Of a stretch of DNA of 64,000 nucleotides, positions 41,941 to 59,465 are shown piece by piece. The stretch's first letter is position 1, and each line of letters opens with the position of its first letter. The translations under genes were made by a program, and so were the position numbers. The stretch lies in NCBI RefSeq assembly GCF_009914755.1, contig NC_060940.1; one strand, 5' to 3'. The stretch comes from the human T2T-CHM13v2.0 reference genome, Homo sapiens. A model generated the notes under the pieces. The model saw only the letters and a program-made list of their open reading frames with translations, was not told where the DNA came from and did not search any database.

Positions 41941-42973
41941 TTAGTTAATACATATAGAGCACCAAAAAGAGTGTCTGACATGTACCAAACCTCATATATG
42001 TGCTATTATATCATTATTATTATTATTTTTGAGACAGAGTCTCACTCTGTCACCCAGGCTGGAGTGTAGTGGTGGGATCTCTGCTCACTGCAACTTCTGC
42101 CTCCTGGGTTCAAGCGATTCTCCTGCCTCAGCCTCCTGAGTAGCTGGGACTACAGCGCATGTCACCACACCCACCTCTAATTTTGTATTTTTAGTAGAGA
42201 TGGGGTTTCACCATGTTGACCAGGCTGGTCTGGAACTCCTGACCTCAGGTGATTCTCTCGCCTCAGCCTTCCAAAAGTGCTGAGATTACAGGCATGAGCC
42301 ACTGCGCCCAGCCAATTTGCTATTATATTATTATTAATGTCCTTTCCTCTTTGCCCTACAAAGTTTTCCTTCAAGGTCTAACACAGGGCAAGTGCTTTAT
42401 GATTCTCCTAAACAAGAAGTAACTGCACCCTCCTGACAGTTCTCACAACTCCAGATTCTATTCTGAGTAAAGCCATCCGTCATTGTAATTTACTGTTTCT
42501 ATCTTCCCCAAAGGCAGCAAGCTCGAGCAAGATAAACTTTTCCTCCCCACTGCCCATTTCTGGACACATGCATAGTAGATGCTCAATAATTAGTAAAAGA
42601 TGCAAGGTACAATAAAGAATAAGGGCTGGGCGCGGTGGCTCACGCCTGTAATCCCAGCACTTTAGGAGGCAAAGGCTGGAGGATCGCCTGAGCTCAGGAG
42701 TTTGAGACCAGCCTGGACAACATAGTGAGACCCCATCTCTACAAAAAATCAAAAAATTGTGCCATCTGGCATGGTGGCACAAGCCTGTGGTCCCAGTTAT
42801 TCAGGAGGCTGGGGCAGGAGAATTCCTCGAGCCCGAGAGGTGAAGCTGCAGTGAGCACTGACCACACCACTGCACTGTAGCCTGGGTGACAAAGTGAGAC
42901 CCTGTCTCAAAAAAAAAAAGAAAGAAAGAAAACAATCTGCAGTGAAATAGAGCCCCCTCCCTACCTTTTCTTA

Positions 42974-43360
<387 letters not shown>

Positions 43361-43472
43361 CTAGGAGAGAGACTTGTGTGCAGTACGTACTGAATCAACA
43401 CACAGTGAATCAACACACGGTGAATAAAAGTCAAGTTGAGGAGTTACATGAAATGGTTGCCAGTGCATGTTA

Positions 43473-43754
<282 letters not shown>

Positions 43755-44832
43755 TCACTGCATTCCAGCTTGGGCAGCAGAATGAGGAATGAGACCCTGT
43801 CTCAAAAAAAAAAAAAAAAAAAAGGTTTAAGTCTCCACTGAGACCAGCCTATCTTCCTCAGCTGAAATAAAATCCACTAAAACAATGTTTTCTAGATCTG
43901 TGTCATTCTCTTATACCTATACTATAATACGTTTTTTCCAGATATATGGATCTGTTGGCTATTCTTTCATACTCTCAAAATTCACTTTTTTTTTCTTTTT
44001 ACAGTTTATTGTTTGGTACAAAACAGGCTCTTTAACTCTTTGAATAAACACCTCACAGACTCGTGCTCCTAGATTACAAAAAGTCAAAGCCAATTTTCTT
44101 TGACACTGGGCTCTTGACTCTGAGATTCAAGTCACTATAACAGAAACTGGAGTTGTTTTATCTTATATTCTGGAAGGTGCCTCAACAAAGACATGTTAAG
44201 AACTGGTTAAAACTTCTAGCATTTAAAAAGATCCATCTTGTCTTCCAGTGCCTATGGATAATAATAAAAAGGGAATCCCAGAGATCTGCTATTGAATTAT
44301 TTAGAGAAGAGCTACTGCAATAAGATCCACTCTTTTAAGTTCCAAAAGGAAACTTCAGGCCAGATGTGGTGGCTCACAGGTATAATCACAGTACTTTGGG
44401 AGGCCAAGACTGGAAAACCCATTATGCCCAGGAATTTGAATTTGAGACCAGCCTGGCAACACAGTGAGATCCCATCTCTACAATTTTTTTTTTAAACAGA
44501 ATTTGTGGGGCGCGGTGGCTCGCGCCTGTAGTCCTAGCGACTCGAGAGGCGAGAGGATCGCTTGAGTGCAGGAGTTCGAGGCTGCAGTGAGCTATGATCG
44601 AGCCACTGTAGAGAGACCCTGTTTCAAAAGAAAAAACAAAGAGAAAGAAAGAAAAGAAAAAGGAAACTTATAGCCCAGCCAGAGGAGGAAAAACAACACC
44701 CAAAATTAGCAAGTGTTCAAGACAGCCCGGCACCCAGCTGAGACTCCCGCTGACGTGATCAGGAGTTCGGGGCTTGCTCTTTTGCCGAGGGTATTTGCTG
44801 TCCATGCGTGCCCCGCCCACCTGAGTGCCTCA

Positions 44833-45084
<252 letters not shown>

Positions 45085-45283
45085 TCAGGCCTGGCGTCCA
45101 GAACTTAAGAGTTGGCTCCGGGCGGCAACGGGGATGCAGAAGCGAGCGAGCCTGCGAGAGCACCGAGGCTAGCCTCCGAGGCGAACCCCAGAAACGCCAG
45201 GACGGGTAACTTGCCCCTTTGCGCTTCCCCGCTCAGCGCACTCAGTTTGCGGCTGGGAATGACCCTCGCCGCCCGCCGTTCTT

Positions 45284-45294
45284 CTTCCGGAAGT
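45284..45294. promoter_or_regulatory. ETS-family (GABPA/ELK-type) site, palindromic CTTCCGGAAG(T)
   Basis: Perfect CCGGAAGT core with an overlapping inverted core, just upstream of the inferred TSS. Confidence 0.7.
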
Positions 45295-45302
45295 CGTTGG
45301 CC

Positions 45303-45316
45303 GTTACCATAGTGAC
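45303..45316. promoter_or_regulatory. RFX X-box-like motif GTTACCATAGTGAC
   Basis: One mismatch to GTNRCC-N2-RGYAAC; adjacent to the ETS site in the promoter. Confidence 0.5.
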
Positions 45317-45638
45317 TGCAGGCGTCCGGAGCGCTGAGCAGAGGTGGGTGTGGGAAAACGCCCCGGACTGAGAGCTCCCGGCACCGACAAATATCCCATG
45401 TCTGCTAACATTTGCCGAGGACTAAACTATATGCTTACTATAAAGCCCTGACATACATTAGCGCATTTACGCGGTGGCTCGCGCCTGTAATCCCAGCTCT
45501 TTAGGAAGCTGACGCGGGAGAATCGCTTGAGGCCAGGAGTTCTAGGACAGCCTGGGCAACAGTGGAGCGCAGTGGGCAGCAATGGAGTGCAATTGAACGA
45601 TCTCTGCTCACTACAGCCTCAAATTCCTGGGCAATTGA

Positions 45639-46064
<426 letters not shown>

Positions 46065-46287
46065 TAATTATTTTCTTAATGATGTGTTTTGAGGTGCAGA
46101 CCTTTTAAAGTTTGTTAAGTTCCTTATCACCTTTTTTTATGGATCATGCTTTTGGTGTTGCGGCTGAGAAATCTGTGCATAACCCATAATCACAAACAAT
46201 TTCTCAGCCTGGGCAACATAGGAAGACCCCGTCTCTGCAAAAAAATTAAAAATTAGCTGAGTGTGGTGGCGCACACCTGTAGTCTCA

Positions 46288-46452
<165 letters not shown>

Positions 46453-47239
46453 CTAAGTTTTTATGTTGTTTCAAGAGTGGGACCAACCCAAGGGGGAGGA
46501 CAAGATGTCATCCTTGGAAACCCTACAGGGGACAGTTTTCCAGGTTGGCCTGCCATTGGGGTATGAGTGGCTGGCTGCCATCTCCAGGCCTGATAGTCAC
46601 TCGTTTTTCATTGGCATCTCCCTTGGTTTGTCTCATTCTTCTGGGTTGAGTAGGTTTTAACTGGGGTAACCCTTCTGCTAGGAGTCCCAGTTATTTGGGG
46701 GGAGGGGAGAGGAGGGAAGGAGAGAGGAGGGGAGCAATGCAGGGAGGGGAGACGAGGGGAGCAATCTGATAGTGTAAGTCCTCTTACTTTGCTCTTGTTA
46801 AAAATTTAGGCAGGACACAGTGGCTCACGCCTGTAATCCCAGCACTTTGGGAGGCCGAGGCAGGCAGATGATGAGGTCAGGAGTTTGAGACCAGCCTGAC
46901 CAACATGGTCAAACCCCATCTCTACTAATAATAAAAAAATTAGCTGGGCATGGTGGCACGCGCCTGTAATCCCAGCCACTCAGGAGGCAGAGGCAGGAGA
47001 ATCGCTTGAACCTAGGAGGCAGAGGTTGCAGTGAACCGAGATCCGCCACTGCACTCCAGCCTGGGCAACAGACCGAGACTCCATCCCCCCCAAAAAAAAA
47101 AAAAATCCTGCTGGGATTTTGACAGGGATTATGTTGAACTGTTGAATTGTTGGATTAATTTTAGGAGAATTGCCATCATGACAATATTGACTGTTCCAAT
47201 CCATAGCATGAAACGCCTCTTCATTTATTTAGATGGGAA

Positions 47240-47425
47240 TTTTTCAGCCTTGGCACTACTGAGCCCAGATAATTTTTAGTTATGGGGGCTGTCCTATGCA
47301 TTGTAAGATATTTCGCAGCATCCCTGGCCGCTACCCATTAGGAGCAACATCCTCTCCAAGTTGTGGCAACCAAAAATCTGTCCACACAGTGCCAAGTGTT
47401 CCCTAGTAGGAATCACCCCTGGGGA
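47240..47425 (+). mobile_element. MER20 DNA transposon
   Basis: ccttggcacta…gggggctgtcctatgcattgtaagatatt..gcagcatccctggcc…gttgtggcaaccaaaaat. Confidence 0.8.
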
Positions 47426-47531
47426 TTTAGATCTGATTTAGATCTTCTTTAATTTCTCTCAGCAATATTTTGTAGTTTTCATTGTATAATACAAGTCTTG
47501 CACTTATTTTGTTAAATTTATTTATTTATAA

Positions 47532-47663
<132 letters not shown>

Positions 47664-47867
47664 TGAAAATACAAAAACAGCCTGGCGTGGTTGTGTGCAC
47701 CTGTAATCCCAGCTACTCAGGAGGCTGAGGCAGGAGAACTGCTTGAACCCGGGAGGCAAAGGTTGCAGTGAACAGAGATCGGGCCACTGTTATCCAGCCT
47801 GGGTGACAGAGTGAGACTCCATCTCAAAAAATAAATAAATAAAATAAGTATTTCCTTTTAATGCTAA

Positions 47868-48260
<393 letters not shown>

Positions 48261-48263
48261 TAG

Positions 48264-48590
<327 letters not shown>

Positions 48591-48787
48591 TGATCCACCT
48601 GCCTCTGCCTCCCAAAGTGCTGGGTTACAGGCGTGAGCCACCGCACCCGGCCAGAAGTCCCTTTCTATTCCTAGTTTGTTGAGAGTTTTTTTAGGATGTT
48701 GGATTTTGTATTTTTTTTTCTCTGCCTATTGAGATAATCATGTGGTTCTTGTCACATTCTATTCAAATGATATAGTAATTGATTTTA

Positions 48788-49404
<617 letters not shown>

Positions 49405-49486
49405 CTATTGTATGTGATATTAACATAGCCACTCCAGCTTTCTTATGATTACACTTGCATGGCTAATTTTTTTAAATTTTTTTTTA

Positions 49487-50135
<649 letters not shown>

Positions 50136-50322
50136 TTAATTTTTTTTCTATTCAACTTTGACTTTAATTTTTTTCTATTTTTCATTTTCTATTATTGATC
50201 TCTATGCTAATCAGTTTCCTTCTTTGAATTTAGTTTGCTCTTTGGTATATTAAAGTAGAATCTTAGGTTACTGATTTTAAATACTTTATTTTCTCATATA
50301 GGCATCTAAAATTACTAATTTT

Positions 50323-50346
50323 TCCCTCATAGTCTAATGGCTAGGA
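50323..50346 (+). pseudogene. Putative tRNA-Glu 5' fragment retrocopy followed by an A-rich tail
   Basis: tccctcatagtctaatggctagga vs recalled tRNA-Glu 5' end TCCCTGGTGGTCTAGTGGCTAGGA (20/24); A tail; interrupts L1. Confidence 0.55.
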
Positions 50347-51052
50347 AAAAATAAAAACAAAAAATAAAATTATAAAGCAAGACACTGTCTCTACAAAAAG
50401 TTAAAAAAAATTATCTAGCCATGGTGGTTTGCAACTGTAGTTCCAGCTACTCAAAAGCCTGAAAGGCCAGAGATCATTTGAGCCCAGGAATTTGAGGCTG
50501 CAGTGAGCTATAACAGTGCCACTGCACTCCAGCCTGGGTGACAGTGTGAGACCGTCTCTAAAAAAAATTTCCTCTGAGGCCGGCTGCGGTGGCTCACACT
50601 TGTAATCCCACCACTTTGGGAGGCCGAAGTGGTTGGATCACCTGAGGTCAGGAGTTCACGACCAGCCTGACCAATATGGTGAAACCCTGTCTCTACTAAA
50701 AATACAAAAACTAGCCGGGCGTGGTGGTGGGCACGTGTAGTCCCAGCTACTCAGGAGGCTGAGACTGGAGAATCACTTGAACCCAGGAGGCGGAGGTTGC
50801 AGTGAGCCAAGATCATGCACGCCATTGCACTCCAGCCTGAGCAACAGAGCAAGACTCTGTCTCAAAAAAAAAAAAAAAAATTTCCTCTGAAGCATTGCTC
50901 TAGCTGTAATTCATAAATTTTGATGTTTTCATTTTTGTTTGATTCTAAATGTTTTTAAATTTTTCTTGTGACTCATTTAACCCATGGGTTATTTAGAAGC
51001 ATGTTGTTTAATTTCCAAATAATTGGGTATTTCTTGGATTTCCTGTTGTTGA

Positions 51053-51496
<444 letters not shown>

Positions 51497-52292
51497 TGAT
51501 CTGCCTGCCTTGGCCTCCCGAAGTGCTGGGATTACAGGCGTGAGCCACCGCGCCCAGCCTACCCAGCTAATTTTTGAATTTTTGGTAGAGACAGGATTTC
51601 ACCATGTTGGCCAGGATGGTCTCCATCTCTTGACTTTGTGATCCAGCCGCCTTGGCCTCCAAAAGTGCTGGGATTACAGGCGTGAGCCACCGCACCCGGC
51701 TGGTTTATATTCTTTTATTATTTATAGAGATGGCATCTTGCTTTGCTGTTAAGGTTGGTTTCAAAATCCCCTGCAGATTCAAGCAATCCCCTGTCTCAGC
51801 CTCCCAAAGTGCTGGGATTGCAGGCCTGAGCCACCGTGCCCAGCCCTTAAATTCTTTTAAATTTATTGAGACTTGTTTTATGGCCTAGCATTGGTCTATC
51901 CTGAAGACTGTTCCATGTGCACTTGAAAATATATATCTGCAGTTATTGGGTGGAGTGTCATATATATTTTAGCTACATTAATAGTGTTGTTCAACTATTT
52001 TATATACTTGCTGATTTTCTATGTAGTTGTTCTGTCATTACTGAAGGTAAGGTATTTAGATCTCCAATTATTATTATTTTGAGACAGAGTTTTGCTCTGT
52101 CGCCCAGGCTGGAGTGCAGTGGTGCGATCTCAGCTCACTGCAACCTTGCCTCCCGCGTTCAAGCGATTCTTCTGCCTCAGCCTCCTGAGTAGCTGGGAGT
52201 ATAGGCATGTGCCACTATGCCTGGCTAATTTTTGTATTTTTTAGTAGAGACGGTGTTTCACCATGTTGGTCAGGCTGGTCTCGAACTCCTGA

Positions 52293-52547
<255 letters not shown>

Positions 52548-52922
52548 TAGTAGAGACAGGGTTTCTCAATGTTGGTCAGGCTGGTCACAAACTCCTAACC
52601 TCACGTGATCCATCCACCTCAGCCTCCCAAAGTGCTGGGATTACAGGCATGAGCCACCATACCTGGCCTCCAGTTATTATTGAATCATCCATTTTTACAT
52701 TTGATTCTATTTAATTTTTGCATTAGGTATTTTGGGGCTTTGATGTGAGGTGCATATACATTTTATAATTTTATGTCTTCCTGGTATATTCACCTTTTAT
52801 CATTATTAAATGTTCTTTTCTGTCTCTAGTAATATTTCTGTCTTAAAGTCTATTTTTATGCCAGGTGCGGTGGCTCACACCTGTAATCCCAGCCCTCTGG
52901 GAGGCCGAATCACTTGAGGTCA

Positions 52923-53159
<237 letters not shown>

Positions 53160-54039
53160 TTAACACAGCCACTCCAGCTTTCTTATTACTACTTGCATGG
53201 CTAATTTTTTATCCTTTACTTCCAACTGATTTGTGAACCTAAGTGTACCTTTTGCAGACAGCATAGAGTTGGAATTTGGTGGTGGTGGTGTTTTCAATCC
53301 AGTATGACAGTTTCCGCCTTTTTGGAGACAGGGTCTGGCTCTGCCACCCAGGCTGGAGTGCAGTGGTGTGATCTTGTCTCACCACTGCCTCCTCTGCAAC
53401 CTCTGCCTCCTGGGCTCAAGCCAACCTCCCACCTCAGCCTCCCAAGTAGCTGAGACTACAGGCACATGCCACCATTCCCAGGTAATTTTTTTGTAGAGAC
53501 AGGGGTCTCACTGTGTTGCCCAGGGTGGTCTCAAACTCCTGGGCTCAAGCAATCCTCCCATCTCAGCTTCCCAAAGTGCTGGGATTACAGGCTCGAGCCA
53601 CCACACAGTTTCCTCACAGCCTTTTGAGTTAAGGCAGGTAGTATTTCTATTTCCAAAAGAGGAAACTAAAGCTGAGATGAGGCCATGCTGTAGAGAAACT
53701 TGAATGCTAGGGCAATTGATTTTATTTAATCCAAAAAGATATGCAGTACTAATTAAATATGATTAGAGATGCAGTAGGGTCAGGCTAGGCATGGTGGCTC
53801 ATGCCTGTAATCCCAGCACTTTGGGAGGCCAGGAGTCCAAGACTAGCCTGGGCAACACGGTGAGGCCCTCATCTCTACAAAAATCTAAAACTTAGTCAGG
53901 TGTGGCAGCACGCATCTGTAATCCTAGCTACTTGGGAGGCCAAATTGGGAGGATCCCTAGAGCCCAGGAGTTTGAGGCTGCAGTGAGCTATGACCATGCC
54001 ACTGCACTCCAGCATGTCTCTTAAAAAAAAAGAAAAAAA

Positions 54040-54276
54040 ATGGTCTGTAAAGAAGGCACAAGGAGAACACCACGTGACAATGAAGGCAAAGGCTGGAGTT
54101 ATGCAGCTACAGGCTAAGGAAGTCAAAGATGGTGGAAGCCAGCAACCACCAAGAGGGAGGGAGCACCATGGCTCCAATATTAGACTCCCACCCCACAGAA
54201 CTCAGACAACACATCTGTTGACTTAAACCACCCAGCTTGCGGCACGTTGTCATAGCAGTTCTAAGGAACTAATACA
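54040..54276 (+). mobile_element. MLT1-type (MaLR) LTR 3' part
   Basis: cacgtgacaatgaaggcaaaggctggagttatgcagctaca…agccagcaaccacca…ends gaactaataca. Confidence 0.75.
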
Positions 54277-54780
54277 GAGAAAAATAAACATTTCGACTGT
54301 TACTTTGGGTTTGTTTATTGCAGCTGATCCTGATCTTAACAAAGGGTATGGTCAGATTTTTTTTTTTTTTTTGAGACGGAGTCTTGCTGTGTTGCCCAGG
54401 CTGGAGTGCAGTGGCACGATCTCGGCTCACTGCAAACTCCACCTTCTGGGTTCGAGCGATTTCCAGCTAATTTTTGTACTTTTAGTACATGGCCAGGCTG
54501 GTCTTGAACTCCTAATCTCATGATCCTTCGCCCTGGCCTCCCAAACTGCTAGGATTACAGGTGTGAGCCACCACGCCCAGCTGGTATGGTCAGATTTTAT
54601 TAAAAGTATCAACCTTTTCTGCTGCCTATAAAAATATTCATAAGTTATCAGTATTCTTAGAACAATTTCTGTGGTTTTATGAGAGCAGGAGAGGCTGTGA
54701 AATGAACAGTGATGAAATGGAAGTCACCACTGTTACAACAGTTAAGAAAATCTCAGATGTGAAGGTGATTTGAGAAATAG

Positions 54781-55200
54781 CACCTAAATTTATAGAATAT
54801 CCTATCTGCTATTTTGTACACCTCATGACATTCTCACCAAAATGTGTGAAGTAGACTTCTAACATTTTTACCATTTACGGATATAAAAACTGAGGCCCAG
54901 AGACCACTGACTTGCCCAACATGCTACATAGATGGTAAAAAACTAGAAATTAAACCTGACTCCCCAGCCCACACTTGGTTCACTCTAGCGCACCTAAATT
55001 TATAGAATATCCTATCTGCTATTTTGTACACCTCATGACATTCTCACCAAAATGTGTGAAGTAGACTTCTAACATTTTTACCATTTACGGATATAAAAAC
55101 TGAGGCCCAGAGACCACTGACTTGCCCAACATGCTACATAGATGGTAAAAAACTAGAAATTAAACCTGACTCCCCAGCCCACACTTGGTTCACTCTAGCG
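54781..55200. repeat. Perfect 210-bp tandem duplication (partly MIR-derived), between the GGA2 3' end and the COG7 promoter
   Basis: 54781-54990 is identical to 54991-55200. Confidence 0.96.
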
Positions 55201-55633
55201 CACAGGGCTGCCAGAATTGAGGCGAGAGGGTTGCCAGGGAAAAGTCCGGCCTGCTTGGCTGCCTGGGAATGGTGCCAGCGGGAGGGAGAGGATACAAGGA
55301 AACTATGAGGGAACTGCTACCCCAGAGTTTTAACATGCAGCACTTTCAACACATAAGTGCTTGATTTGTACCATATGAGCTCAGGGAAGAGAGCGGGGTT
55401 ATGTTTCTAAGTAATTCATATTGATAATGGCATTTTCTCCAAGCTATCTATGGTGTTACATGAAAAGAACAAAACACAGAACAGTATACTATATTTTCTT
55501 GAACATGCCTAGAATCCCTCTGAAAAGACAGAGGATGGTAACTGGGTGGGAAGAATTTTCACCTTTCATAATTTTGAATCATGTCAATGTCTTTATCTTA
55601 AAAAAGACGACACTGAGCATAAAAAAATAAGGT

Positions 55634-55639
55634 TTTATT
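55634..55639 (-). terminator. GGA2: Distal polyadenylation signal of GGA2 (AATAAA)
   Basis: AATAAA followed on the minus strand by the GU/U-rich stretch gtgtcgtctttttt. Confidence 0.65.
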
Positions 55640-56416
55640 TTCAGCTGATTTTAGAAAGCTCAGAAAAAATTTAAAGAAAATTTATCTATAATTCCCTGAC
55701 CCAAAGATTACCACTGTCAGATGTGCACACAAACATCTTGGTGCATCGCTTGGCTTTAAAACAAACTGGGGTCAGGACATGGTGGCTCATGCCTGTAATC
55801 CCAGCACTTTGGGAGGTCAAGGCAGGAGGACTGCTTGAGCCCAGGAGACCAGCCTGGGTAACACAGAGATCCAGTCTTTACGAAAAACTGCAACATTAGC
55901 TGGGCGTGGCAGCATGCACCTGTAGTCCCAGCTACTCCAGAGGCTGAAGCCGGAGGATCGCCTGAACACAGGAATTCAAGGCTGCATTGAGCTACAATCA
56001 CGCCACTGCACTCCAGCCTGGGCAACAGAGCAAAGCCCTGTCTCAAGAAAACAAACAAACCCACTTTTATACTCTTGACGCTGGGTAAGCATCTTCTATA
56101 ATGGGTATATTTAAAGGATTTGGGATTAATATTGTAGTAGGCAAGCACTATTTGTATTCTAGAATATTGCCCTTGCTTTCTAGCTTTAACATTTTCTGTC
56201 TCAATTTACACTATTTGTACTAGGTAATATTCACTTTTCTTTTGGTTGTCATTTATTGTTTTCAACACTATCTTCATGACCTGTTTGTGTTCAGAGTGGC
56301 TCACAGATAAGGAAACATTTTTGCCCAGTCTTAAGTTCATGGAAGATAATAGGAAGAGTAATTAACTGCAGCAAAAGGTTAGGACAAAACATGGCATTAT
56401 CAGGGCTTGAAAGGAC

Positions 56417-56422
56417 TTTATT
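56417..56422 (-). terminator. GGA2: Proximal candidate polyadenylation signal of GGA2 (AATAAA)
   Basis: AATAAA followed by the GU-rich stretch catgttttgtcctaaccttttg. Confidence 0.55.
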
Positions 56423-57678
56423 GTGGCTGTGGTGAAGCAGGCCCTGGTCTTGGCAGATGATACCAGAAGGGCACTGAGTGCCAGCGTGCAACTTGAATTT
56501 GATCCCATAAAGTCAGGCATCAGGAAGCCATTCAGAATTTTTCACCCTGTCAGATGCTCAGATTTGCTAGAGAACTCTGGTAGTGGCAAGAACCAGAGCT
56601 GTTACTCAGAATTGGGACAGAGGCATTGTCCCAAAAAAAAAAAAGCCCAAATCAGAGCAGTGGCAATGTAAGTGCAGGGAGGACATGATGTGGGATTATT
56701 TAGAAAACAGGCCAAATGACATGCAACTACTCTGCGGATACAGACGAAGCAGGAATCAGGGACCCAATAAGTCTCAGGTGCTTTCAAGTAAGAGCATGTA
56801 GGTGGAAAGGGGCAGGACTCTGGGTTCCATTCTAAGTAACTGAGACTGAAGCAACAGTGGAACCTCCAGATACAGATAACCCCTGACAGACTGAAATACG
56901 ATCTGGCGACAGCAAGGAGGTGGCAGCTTGAGAGAGGTCTACAACCCACCTAATGGTTTAGAGCCACCTGACTACCAGGCCTGTGTGTGGACGGGAAAGT
57001 CCTGAGGATTGGACTCTGGAAAACCATCACACTTAAGAGACAGAGGAAAAAGAGCAGTCACGGAGGTAGGTCACGAAATGGGTCAACAGGACCCCCGAAG
57101 AGTTCAAGATACTGGAAAGCACTGGCCATGAGTGCCAGATCTCCAGCACACACATCATGAATTTGCTTCTCCCCAGAGGAAAAGAAGCTCCTTCAGGGTG
57201 GTGCCTGGCTCAGGGTAGCTGGTCAACAACTAGCTTTTAAAAAAACAGAGACACGGTCTCACTATGTAGCCCAGGCTGGACTTGAAATCCTGGGCTCAAG
57301 CGGTCATCCCACTCAGCCTCCCAAAATGCTGGGATTATAGGCGTGAGCCACTGTGCACAGCCAATAACTACTTGTTAAGTGAATGAAGAGGTAGGAGCTG
57401 GGCTCTAAGTGGCCACTGGACTTGCTGATTAGAAGGGAGTGATGCCATAAACCACAGCCACTTTCAGGACAGCAGCCTGCCTCCTCTCCTCCTACCCCTA
57501 TCCTGTCCAACACCTAAGCATAGTAGTACCACTGGGAGTCTGTCTCCTCAAAAGCAAGAATGTTCAGGTACACATGTGTGAGTTCACCTCCTAACTATAG
57601 GGGAGAAAGCCTGTCTTTATGTATAAGTCTCATTCACCCATTTTGACCAAAACCCTTCAGAGGGAGATGCTGTCATTA

Positions 57679-58068
<390 letters not shown>

Positions 58069-59464
58069 TTAAAATTCGTCTTATGTGAATTATGGCAAAT
58101 GAAATCACCCCACTGTTTACCTGTTTTATGAGTTTTTACATTTGCTTAAAATTAGCATACTTGATCTTTTACAGTTCCCATCTCCACCAATTAGTATTGG
58201 CAGATTTCCACTATATGTAGAAGTCAAAAGATCAGACTGTAAAAATATCAGATATTGTAATTAAGAGCTCCAAACAAGTCTTGCAGTTTCAAAGGTAGAA
58301 ACCCACCCAGCCAGTTCAGCTGCTTGGACTTCAAAGCCCTCCGCCTAGCCATCTCAGCCAGGCTCAGGTTCCTTCTCCCACCCATCAGGCCAAGCAGGAC
58401 TTGTCAAACATACACATTCAAGTTCCTAGCACACAGTAGGTGCTAAGTGGGAATTGATTATAAACTTGAATTCTTCCATCAACAAATATCCACCTCTCCT
58501 GTCCAGCTTGCCTCAGATCTTCAGGTTCTCTCTTCTCTGAGGCAGCTAAGCTTCTACATCCTTCATGAAGTTTCCTTTACTTCTCGACAGAAGACAGTTC
58601 CCTTTAGGCCTATCATCTCTAAATGCAACTGGCTTTCCATTTTCCACTTACTCAACACTCCACAAAGTACACTTGCTACATGGTATTTATTCAATGACTG
58701 TATATTTAGTCACCACCTCAATCACTGCTAAGCTCTCTTCATGTCTATCTGTACCACAGTTTCCCATCTTAGACTGTGACGTCAGCTGGCAAGGGCTGGC
58801 TGTTGGCCGATTCATCATGACTGACATGGTGTGTCACAAAGAGCTCCAAGTAAATGCTGTGAAGGAAGAGGATGAGGATGGAGATGAGGATCCTGAGAAG
58901 GGCCCAGACTGGCTGCCCAACCCATGGACCTGAGGCCTGAGTAAGGCCTGGGAGCTGCTTTCCCCTCTGCCCAGGAACTCTGTCCAGGGGCGATTCTAAG
59001 GCACAGTGGTGAAGGACATGATTGGTCCCCCAAGTGTGGTCCTCAGGTCTCATGGCAGCCACTCGCCTGGGAACAGTGCAACAAGCATTCCATTTAGAAG
59101 ATCTTCCAGAACACACACAAGAAGCATTGTCTAATGAAAATGGAGACAAGGTCTTTCTTGGAAGAGAGTGCCCAAGTAGATACTCTCTGCCCCAAGACTA
59201 ACCAGGTCCCTTTTAAGGTCCCTGAGAACAGCAGCCTGGGAGCAACCAAGCCTTTCAAAGGCTGACAAGGCACAGAGTGGATGAATGGAACGAACGATAC
59301 ATGAAAAAAACACTTTGGCTGATAAAACCTCCAACCTGAGGCAGGGACAGTGTCGCTCGCTGACATGCAGAAACATGACTGTAGCAGAGATGATGATGAT
59401 GAGAAATGCTTCGCATTTCCCACACTGCCGATATCCCAAGCCCTGTGCTACCACCCTCTCCCCG

Positions 59465-59465
<1 letters not shown>

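Noticed and set aside
43391-43426. 15-bp x ~2.4 micro-duplication tgaatcaacacac(a/g)g and similar small duplications inside Alus (9790, 37690, 40590, 41780)
   Set aside because: Ordinary slippage events with no functional cue
45165-45176. 12-bp palindrome GAGGCTAGCCTC in the COG7 5'UTR
   Set aside because: A few such palindromes are expected by chance in 64 kb; no matching motif
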